A stretch of 64,000 bases of DNA from Candidatus Dormiibacterota bacterium (GTDB lineage Bacteria > Chloroflexota > Dormibacteria > Aeolococcales > Aeolococcaceae). Shown here piece by piece: positions 57,559-64,000 of this stretch; within the stretch, counting starts at the first letter, position 1, and every line of letters starts with the position of its first letter. The notes under the pieces were generated by a model, which was given only the letters and a program-made list of their open reading frames with translations, did not search any database and had not been told where the DNA came from. The position numbers were made by a program, and so were the translations under genes. Location: NCBI GenBank assembly GCA_963718525.1, contig OY970355.1, positions 2,336,001 to 2,400,000 of the forward strand, given 5' to 3'.

Positions 57559-58638
57559 ATGGATTACGTGCCAGGCCGCTCCTGGAGCCTCGGGCGCATC
57601 CCGGCGCTGGATGGTCTCCGCGGGCTGGCGATCCTGCTGGTGCTGATCCTGCACCTCGGGGTGCCGTTCACCAACGGCGCCGGAGCCGCCGGTGTGACGA
57701 TCTTCTTCGTCCTCTCGGGCTTCCTGATCACCAGCCTGCTGGTCCGCGGGCTGCAGGGCAGCGGCCTCGGCTACCTCAGGACCTTCTATATCCGGCGGGT
57801 CCGACGGCTCTTCCCGGCAGTGGTTGCGCTGCTGGCAATCGTCACCTGTGTCGACCTTGTCACCGGGGATCTCGGTCATATCGCCGGACGCGTGCTCCCA
57901 GCGCTTTTCTATGTCTACAACTGGGTCTGTGTCACCACGTCGGTCGGCGGCGATCCCATCGGCCAGGCGTGGTCGCTGTCCATCGAGGAACAGTTCTACG
58001 TGCTGTGGCCGTTCGTGCTGCTCCTGGCCCTGCGTCGCGGCGGTCCGGAGCTCGCGCTGCGCGTGGCCGCGATCGGCGCGGCCGCGGCCCTTGCCGACCG
58101 CCTCGTCCTGCTTGGCATGCACGACTCGATCGCCCGGATCTATTTCGCCAGCGACACCAACGCGCTGCCGCTCATGGTTGGGTGCGCGCTCGCGTTGGCG
58201 ATCGGTCAGGGCAAGCTGCCGCGGGTTTCGCTGCTGGCGTCGGCATTCGCCGGAGTCGCGCTCCTCGGTGTCTGCGTGGACACGGCCTACGGCGCGGGTC
58301 TTGATTTCCTGCTCATCAGCCCGGTGGTCGTCACCGCGGCCAGCGCGGTGCTCATCGCCCGGATCGTGACGGCCGGGGGTGGCGCGGTCTTCACGCTGGC
58401 CCCGGCGCGGGCGCTCGGACGGGTCTCGTACTCACTCTATCTCTGGCAGACACCGGTGATCGTCTGGGGCGACGTCTGGCTCAGTGGAGCTTCGCTCGTG
58501 GTACGCGTTGTGCTGCTCGGGGGCGCTGCACTCGCCTGTGCGCTCGCCTCGTACTGGTTTGTCGAAGCGCCGATCCGACGCCTCGGCAGCCGCGCGAAGC
58601 CCGCGCCGGCGATGGCGCAACCGGCGGTCCACGCCTGA
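57559..58638 (+). CDS. Acyltransferase-3 (OafA/OatA-like) membrane O-acyltransferase
   Basis: LDGLRGLAILLV, GVTIFFVLSGFLIT, FYIRRVRRLFP, WSLSIEEQFY, SYSLYLWQ, SYWFVEAP. Confidence 0.93.
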   Translation: MDYVPGRSWSLGRIPALDGLRGLAILLVLILHLGVPFTNGAGAAGVTIFFVLSGFLITSLLVRGLQGSGLGYLRTFYIRRVRRLFPAVVALLAIVTCVDLVTGDLGHIAGRVLPALFYVYNWVCVTTSVGGDPIGQAWSLSIEEQFYVLWPFVLLLALRRGGPELALRVAAIGAAAALADRLVLLGMHDSIARIYFASDTNALPLMVGCALALAIGQGKLPRVSLLASAFAGVALLGVCVDTAYGAGLDFLLISPVVVTAASAVLIARIVTAGGGAVFTLAPARALGRVSYSLYLWQTPVIVWGDVWLSGASLVVRVVLLGGAALACALASYWFVEAPIRRLGSRAKPAPAMAQPAVHA

Positions 58639-58696
58639 GGCGTCGGGTGCCGCGGCTGGTTCGATTGAGACGGGCTCGCTCGATAGGCTTGCCGTG

Positions 58697-59506
58697 ATGG
58701 AGAGCAACGCGCGCCTGACAAAGGCAGGAGGCCCGGCCGTCAGCGCCTTCCTGGCGACGGCATCGGCGGCGTGGCGGAGCGCGCTGGGTCGGAACCTCAG
58801 CGGGGTCTACGTCTCCGGGTCGCTGTCGACCGGCGCCTTCAACCTGCGGACCAGCGACATCGACGTGCTCGTGACGACGCGCGCGCAGACCGACGCCGCC
58901 GCCAACGAGCGCATCGCCGAGCTCCACCTCGCGATGCTCGGCTGGGGCGGTGGGCGCTGGGCCGAACGGCTGGAGGTGAGCTTCGTACCGGCGAGGGCAC
59001 TGCGAGCGCCCGGTGTCCCTGAGCTCGCGGTTCTGGAGCTGCACCCGGACGAAGGCTTCAACGTCAAGCATCTTGGCGCGGACTTCCTGATCCAGAAACG
59101 GATGCTCCGCGAGTACGGCATCACGCTCATCGGGCCGAAGATCGCCAGGATCGTCGCCCCGGTGACCGCGGGTGAGCTTCGCGAGGCTGTCATTGGGAAC
59201 CTGCGCGAGTGGTGGAGGCCGCAACTCGAATTTCCAGGGCAGTTCCTCAATCGCGGCTACCAGGCGTACGCCGTGCTGACGATGTGCCGGGCGCTCTGCC
59301 TTCTGACGACCGGTGACCTGGTGACCAAGCCGGAGGCCGCCGCCTGGGCCCTGCGCGGCCCATATCTCGACGTCTGGCACCCGCTGATCGAATCCGCGAT
59401 CGCCTACCCCGGCGGGGCGCAACCGGACGAGCGGCGCGCAACTCTCGATTTCATCCGCTTCGCGCTCGATGAGGCCGGTATCGGTCACGAGGCTCCAAGC
59501 TCCTGA
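58697..59506 (+). CDS. Nucleotidyltransferase, AadA/ANT(3'')-like with DUF4111-type C-terminus
   Basis: GVYVSGSLSTGAFN..TSDIDVLV (GS..DxD), LEVSF, YAVLTMCRAL..G..VTKPEAAAWAL. Confidence 0.8.
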   Translation: MESNARLTKAGGPAVSAFLATASAAWRSALGRNLSGVYVSGSLSTGAFNLRTSDIDVLVTTRAQTDAAANERIAELHLAMLGWGGGRWAERLEVSFVPARALRAPGVPELAVLELHPDEGFNVKHLGADFLIQKRMLREYGITLIGPKIARIVAPVTAGELREAVIGNLREWWRPQLEFPGQFLNRGYQAYAVLTMCRALCLLTTGDLVTKPEAAAWALRGPYLDVWHPLIESAIAYPGGAQPDERRATLDFIRFALDEAGIGHEAPSS

Positions 59507-59510
59507 TAAT
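59497..59510. repeat. 14-bp exact direct repeat of the dif-like left arm
   Basis: AAGCTCCTGATAAT at 57383-57396 and 59497-59510. Confidence 0.9.
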
Positions 59511-59518
59511 ACGGGGGC

Positions 59519-60568
59519 ATGGCTGCTCGCGTCCGCCCCACCCGGCGTCCAACCGCGCCCCATGCACGCCGCGGTCCGGCATGGGCGTCGAACGTCCCCG
59601 GGCCGCGCAACTCACTGCCCGACCAGGTCGAACAGTTCCTTGACTGGCTTCGCGTGCAGGGCAACCGGCCGTCGACCACCGTCCGGGCATATCGCCAGGA
59701 TCTCGCCAAGTTCGTCGCATATCTGCGCACGCGTCCGCGGGGCGACGTCCTGCTGGCCGGGGTGGATCGACCGCTCCTGCGCCGCTACCAGATCGAGCTG
59801 GCTGATGTGCTGCCGAACCCGCGGTCCCGCGCGCGGGCGCTCGTTGCGTTGCGCCGTTTTCTCGGCTATGCGTATGACGAAGGCTGGGTCACGGCGGAGT
59901 TGAGCCGCCAGGTGACGGTGCCACGCTACGTGGTGGGCGATCCGCATCCGGTGCCCACCGACCACGTGCCACGCCTGCTCGCCGCCCTCCCCAGGGAGAC
60001 CTTGCGCGACCGCCGTGACCGTGCGCTCATCCACCTGCTCTTGAGCACCGGCTGCCGGATCGCCGAAGCCTGTGGCCTCGACCGCGGCGACATCCATCGC
60101 GAGGGCTTCCGAGTTCTCGGCAAAGGTGGCAAATACAGAACTGTGTACTGCACGGATGATGCGTTCGCCGCCGTTGACGATTATCTCAAGATGCGCGGCC
60201 CCGACCCCTCCCCTGCTCTGTTCATCAGCGTCGCCCGCGCCGACGTCCCCCAGGGACATGCCCTTCCCCACAACCGCCTGACCACCGATGGTGCGCGGCG
60301 GGCACTGAGCGCGCTGCGGCAGCGCATGGGTGTCGATCCGGAGATGTTCGAGCTGTTCAGCGATCTCCGCTCCCCGCATGCGGCCCGGCACACTGCCGCC
60401 ACGACGCTCCTGGAGGCGACTGACGGCGACGTCCGCCTGGTCCAGGAGGTGCTCGGGCACGCAACCCTCGAGACGCTCAAGGTCTACACCGAGATCACCG
60501 ATCGGCGCAAACGTGAGGCATACCGCCGGCTTGGTGACTACCTCCACGACGTGGCGGGCCGCGACTGA
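59519..60568 (+). CDS. XerC/D-family tyrosine recombinase
   Basis: SAM-like N-domain (TVRAYRQDL..F, ALVALRRFLGY); catalytic R (TGCRIAE), K (GKGGK), HxxR (PHAARH), H (LGH), Y (KVYT). Confidence 0.92.
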   Translation: MAARVRPTRRPTAPHARRGPAWASNVPGPRNSLPDQVEQFLDWLRVQGNRPSTTVRAYRQDLAKFVAYLRTRPRGDVLLAGVDRPLLRRYQIELADVLPNPRSRARALVALRRFLGYAYDEGWVTAELSRQVTVPRYVVGDPHPVPTDHVPRLLAALPRETLRDRRDRALIHLLLSTGCRIAEACGLDRGDIHREGFRVLGKGGKYRTVYCTDDAFAAVDDYLKMRGPDPSPALFISVARADVPQGHALPHNRLTTDGARRALSALRQRMGVDPEMFELFSDLRSPHAARHTAATTLLEATDGDVRLVQEVLGHATLETLKVYTEITDRRKREAYRRLGDYLHDVAGRD

Positions 60569-60604
60569 GGCCGAGCAGGTGATCCGGGTGGCGATGTCCG
60601 CCGG

Positions 60605-61060
60605 CTATGGCCGCCAGGTGTTGCCGAGCACGCGCACCGCTCCGGCGCCGTCCTCCTCACAGCACGCGAGCAGCTCGGCGCCGATCGGTGGGTACATCTC
60701 GAGCTCGGCCAGCGCCCGGAGCGGGTGCCATCTCGCCTCACGGAGCGACTTGTCGTCAGCGCCGACCTCGAGGGTGCCGGCGCGCACGATCCCGGCGTAC
60801 ACGGCGTTGACGATGTGGCGGCCCCCGGGCTTCGGATCGATCGCTTCGCACACCAGCAGCAGACGGCCTATCTCGACGGTGTAACCGGTCTCTTCGAGGA
60901 GCTCTCGAGTGGCGGCAGCGACCATGGTCTCACCGGCGTCGACACCACCACCCGGCACGAGCCAGTAGGAGCGGCCGGCCTTTTCGTGCCGGACGAGGAG
61001 CACCTCACCCTCACGCCAGACGAGGACGCCGACGCGGAGGCGAATGGCGCGCTCGCTCAC
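60605..61060 (-). CDS. NUDIX hydrolase
   Basis: Intact Nudix box PGGGVDAGETMVAAATRELLEETGY. Confidence 0.92.
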   Translation of the reverse strand: MSERAIRLRVGVLVWREGEVLLVRHEKAGRSYWLVPGGGVDAGETMVAAATRELLEETGYTVEIGRLLLVCEAIDPKPGGRHIVNAVYAGIVRAGTLEVGADDKSLREARWHPLRALAELEMYPPIGAELLACCEEDGAGAVRVLGNTWRP

Positions 61061-61106
61061 CGTGCCGATTATCCGGCCCGCACGCCGGCTGCGGCGGCCG
61101 CGACAC

Positions 61107-61157
61107 TTGACTCGAACATCCGTTCCCTGGTAGTGTCATGCCATGGAACATCCGTTC
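61107..61157 (+). promoter_or_regulatory. LexA-repressed promoter with two SOS boxes
   Basis: TTGACT (61107)-N18-TAGTGT (61131, with extended TG); GAACATCCGTTC at 61114-61125 and 61146-61157. Confidence 0.85.
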
Positions 61158-61168
61158 GGTGCAGGGAC

Positions 61169-61480
61169 GTGATCCAGGACAGCCTCGGCCCCAACCGCTT
61201 CTCGCGCCGGCCTGATCGCCTCGGCCGTCCGACGCGGCTCGCCCTCATCGTGGCCACCGCGGCAACCGGGCTCGTCGTCGTCGGCGGTGTGGCGTACGCG
61301 GGATCGTCGTCGACGACGACGAAAATCGTTGTCCATGCGGGCGATACCCTTTGGGGAATCGCCGCCGCGCACTATCCCGGAGCCGACATCGAGCAGTCGA
61401 TCTTCGAGATCGAGTCGGCCAATCACCTGAGCGGCGCGGCGATCAGGCCAGGCGAGACCCTGACCCTGCCGGCACCCTGA
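61169..61480 (+). CDS. Membrane-anchored LysM protein, YneA/ChiZ-like SOS division inhibitor
   Basis: Short basic N-terminus, one TM, LysM (VVHAGDTLWGIAA..IESANHLSGAAIRPGETLTLP); two LexA boxes upstream. Confidence 0.85.
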   Translation: MIQDSLGPNRFSRRPDRLGRPTRLALIVATAATGLVVVGGVAYAGSSSTTTKIVVHAGDTLWGIAAAHYPGADIEQSIFEIESANHLSGAAIRPGETLTLPAP

Positions 61481-62387
61481 CCGGCCGCGGCACCACCGGC
61501 TCGTCGGTTGTCCTGCCGTCACCGACATCGTCGAGCCAGCGTGGCAGCCCCGATGGTCGCGGGCGCGGTGCATCGAGCCTGGGGCTCGAACCACCCCCAC
61601 CGCCGCCTCCGCCACTGTCATCCTCGCGGCCGTCGGATCCGGTGCTGAGCAGATTCATGAACACCACCCAGAATGCGGCGAACAGGGCGACCTTGCTGAC
61701 CAGCGCGATGCTCGCGCCCGCGATCTGTTGATCGGTCATTGCGTCAAGGCCGACGAGCTGCGGTCCACCTCCGTACCCCGGGTACAGCACGTGTCCCGCC
61801 AAAGCGACGAGCAGTCCGCCGAGAGTCTGCGGGATCGTCGCGAGCACGATGTAGCCGAGCTTGCCGAAACCCGTCAGCGCCCGAGCCGGCGGTGAGCACG
61901 GGGTGACGATCGGCCACCAGAACAGCACCGACACCAGCAGCAGCGTCGTTTGCATCAGGTCGTACAGCCACCAGTTGGCGAGCGCAGCGTCATACGCCGG
62001 CGTCAGGTGCCAGACGATGAAGCCCGCGTTCACCGCGACGATCGCAACCACGGGATGGACCGCGAGCCGCAGCGGCAGGGGCACCGAGCGAGGCGCGATC
62101 CCGGCGCGTCGCGGGAGCGACAGCAGGAGCAGCGCCGCCACCGGGCCCATCAGGATGAGCACCTGGATCAGGTGGGCCGCAAGCAGGTAGTGCTGGGCGA
62201 GCGTTGCCAGAGGGGACATCCAGATCCCGATGAGCAACACCACGGCGGCGACGAGCGCAAGGCTCCTGCCGCGGCTGATCGGCTCGGCGGATCGGCGGAT
62301 CACCCAGAAGCGGATGGCGATGACCAGGAGGATCAGACCCAGCAACAGTGGATCGACATTCAGGGCGGTTGCCGGCGGGCGAGCCAT
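61443..62387 (-). CDS. Cytochrome c oxidase assembly factor CtaG-like membrane protein
   Basis: SPL..LAQHYLLAAHLIQ, WHLTPAYDAAL, LFWWPIV, DQQIAG. Confidence 0.85.
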   Translation of the reverse strand: MARPPATALNVDPLLLGLILLVIAIRFWVIRRSAEPISRGRSLALVAAVVLLIGIWMSPLATLAQHYLLAAHLIQVLILMGPVAALLLLSLPRRAGIAPRSVPLPLRLAVHPVVAIVAVNAGFIVWHLTPAYDAALANWWLYDLMQTTLLLVSVLFWWPIVTPCSPPARALTGFGKLGYIVLATIPQTLGGLLVALAGHVLYPGYGGGPQLVGLDAMTDQQIAGASIALVSKVALFAAFWVVFMNLLSTGSDGREDDSGGGGGGGGSSPRLDAPRPRPSGLPRWLDDVGDGRTTDEPVVPRPVRVPAGSGSRLA

Positions 62388-62450
62388 GATGCTCAACGCT
62401 ATCGCACCTCACGCAGTGCTGTCGCGACGCGGTACAAATGGAGCGCCGCC

Positions 62451-62918
62451 ATGCGCCCCATGATCACCCGACTGCGAACACGCGCCTACCAGTTCTCACT
62501 GAGGACCGGCAAGCCCCCGGACGACGTGCTCGGTGAGTTCGCGCAACGTCCGATGCCCGGCATCGCGGTCGCGGAGCGCGGACCCAACTACCTCGTGCTG
62601 CGGCCGCAGCAACGGCGGCGCTACGGCGGCGATGTTGCGGTGCTGCTCGGCCTGGCCATCGTGCTTGCTGTGCTCATCCTCACCGCGGTGACCCCGGTGT
62701 TGATCGTGCTGCTCCCGCTCGCGGTGCTCCCCGGAATCCCGCTGCTGATCGACAATCGTCCCGACCTTGCGATCAGTGCGGTGGCCGACGACCTCGGCGG
62801 CACGCGCGTAACCGTGCACGGGCAGGCAAGCTCGGAACTCGCGGCAGCGCTTGACGCATACCTCGGCTCACTTCCCCGTCTCACGCTGGAGAACATCGGG
62901 GGCGGCCCGCAGGGCTGA
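62451..62918 (+). CDS. Hypothetical membrane protein
   Basis: 155 aa with a hydrophobic hairpin; fills the gap between ctaG-like and lexA. Confidence 0.6.
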   Translation: MRPMITRLRTRAYQFSLRTGKPPDDVLGEFAQRPMPGIAVAERGPNYLVLRPQQRRRYGGDVAVLLGLAIVLAVLILTAVTPVLIVLLPLAVLPGIPLLIDNRPDLAISAVADDLGGTRVTVHGQASSELAAALDAYLGSLPRLTLENIGGGPQG

Positions 62919-62935
62919 GCCGCGGACCCGAGCCC

Positions 62936-63571
62936 CTACTTGAGCAGGCGGATAACCGCGACGACGACGCCCTCGAGTTGCAAGTCGCGCGGGTAGATCG
63001 GCTCCATCGCTGCGTTCTCGGGTTGAAGCCGCACGCGTCCCGCCTCGCGGAAGAAGCGCTTGACGGTGACCTCACCCTCGCCCGACTCCTCGTTCTCGAT
63101 CCTGGCGACCACGATGGTTCCGTTGGCGGGCGCGTCGCGCCGCGGGCTGACGACGACGATGTCGCCGTCGTGGATCCCGGCGTCGATCATGCTCTCGCCG
63201 TGCACCGTGAGTGCGTACGAGTCGACGCCACCGGCAATCTCCGTGCCGACGTTCAGGTGCTCTTCAACGTTCTCCAGCGCCAGGATCGGCGTGCCCGCCG
63301 CGACGCGGCCGACGACGGGAAGGTTGACGACGTTGCTGTGACCGCGCGGGAACTCAGTGTCCACGATCTCAACCGTTCGCGACTTTGCAGGGTCGCGGGT
63401 GATGTATCCACGGGTTTCGAGCGTGTTCAAGTGGTTCTGCACGGTTGAGGACGAACTGAGGCCGACCGCGCGACCGATCTCGCGAACCGTGGGCGGGTAG
63501 GAGTGATCGCGGCTGTGATCTCGAAGAAAGTCGAGGATTTGACGCTGCCGCGGGTTCAGGGTGTCAGGCAT
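62936..63571 (-). CDS. lexA: SOS repressor LexA
   Basis: LNPRQRQILDF, YPPTVREIG, VGRVAAG cleavage site, GESM Ser, VTVKRF Lys; GGAGG RBS. Confidence 0.97.
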   Translation of the reverse strand: MPDTLNPRQRQILDFLRDHSRDHSYPPTVREIGRAVGLSSSSTVQNHLNTLETRGYITRDPAKSRTVEIVDTEFPRGHSNVVNLPVVGRVAAGTPILALENVEEHLNVGTEIAGGVDSYALTVHGESMIDAGIHDGDIVVVSPRRDAPANGTIVVARIENEESGEGEVTVKRFFREAGRVRLQPENAAMEPIYPRDLQLEGVVVAVIRLLK

Positions 63572-63610
63572 CGCTTTGAAACATCCTCCAGCCAAAGCTT
63601 GGGCGTGCGG

Positions 63611-63649
63611 AATGTAGCACGCGCCTGGAAAAAATGCAAACGGATGTTC
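63611..63649 (-). promoter_or_regulatory. lexA promoter with overlapping SOS box
   Basis: Minus strand TTGCAT-N17-TACATT (extended TG); GAACATCCGTTT at 63649-63638 overlaps the -35. Confidence 0.8.
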
Positions 63650-63653
63650 TGCC

Positions 63654-64000
63654 TCACCTCGAACCCTCGCCGGAACGGGGCTCGGCTTCGGCAGCTCCGA
63701 CCAGGTTGAGCACCTCGCCGACCAGCTGGTCGAAGCCGATGAGGTCGGGACGGAACCACGTGATCCGGCTGTCGCGGCGGAACCAGGTGCGCTGCGCCCT
63801 CGCGTATCGGAGCGTCCGCCGCATCGTCGCCTGCATCGCGGCCTCCAGGTCGATATGGCCCTCGATGAGGTCCAGCGCCTCGCTGTATCCGATGCCGCAG
63901 GAGCCGATGACTGCGCGATCCAGACCCCGCCCGAGCAGCCATCGCACCTCGTCCTGGATCCCTCCGCTGTCGAACATCCCTGCGATTCGGTGCTCGATCC
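63654..64000 (-). CDS. miaA: tRNA dimethylallyltransferase, C-terminal part (runs off the window)
   Basis: RIAGMF..GIQDEVRWL, IGYSE, TLRYARAQRTWFR. Confidence 0.88.
   Translation of the reverse strand, partial: IEHRIAGMFDSGGIQDEVRWLLGRGLDRAVIGSCGIGYSEALDLIEGHIDLEAAMQATMRRTLRYARAQRTWFRRDSRITWFRPDLIGFDQLVGEVLNLVGAAEAEPRSGEGSR

Noticed and set aside
55590-60568. Prophage (lysin + integrase)
   Set aside because: No structural, terminase or holin genes; the GH25 has a signal peptide and the recombinase lacks an arm-binding domain

Overview
High-GC, gene-dense bacterial chromosome segment with about 60 CDS. I saw no rRNA, tRNA, CRISPR array or IS element. The gene content (GAAC-N4-GTTC LexA boxes, Flp pilin, TrpB2, WS/DGAT, DUF929, many apparently leaderless genes) suggests a monoderm soil bacterium of the Actinobacteria/Chloroflexota/Ca. 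Dormibacterota type; this is inference only. In order, the window holds: a LuxR/CRP/histidine-kinase signalling and stress cluster; ppa; MmgE/PrpD; Fur-family regulator with a metal ABC transporter; TetR-MFS efflux; a collagen-like surface protein locus (degenerate cyclophilin, TPR lipoprotein, GT-C and GT2 glycosyltransferases); trpB2, xth, osmC, flp; WS/DGAT; ydbST; pyrF; proC; a 9-kb cluster of four ATP-grasp ligases, a YbdK-type ligase and three hydrolases; dsbB-DUF929; a GH25-propeller muramidase; a Xer-type recombinase; a LexA-controlled LysM gene; lexA; partial miaA. Best leads: (1) the five-ligase/three-hydrolase amide-synthesis cluster; (2) a 28-bp dif-like site 2.1 kb upstream of a lone Xer recombinase, whose left arm is repeated exactly at the recombinase promoter and brackets an acyltransferase and an aminoglycoside-nucleotidyltransferase-like gene; (3) a possible export/folding/glycosylation pathway for a bacterial collagen; (4) a YneA/ChiZ-like SOS division inhibitor with two perfect LexA boxes. 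All calls come from reading motifs by eye; no database searches were run.
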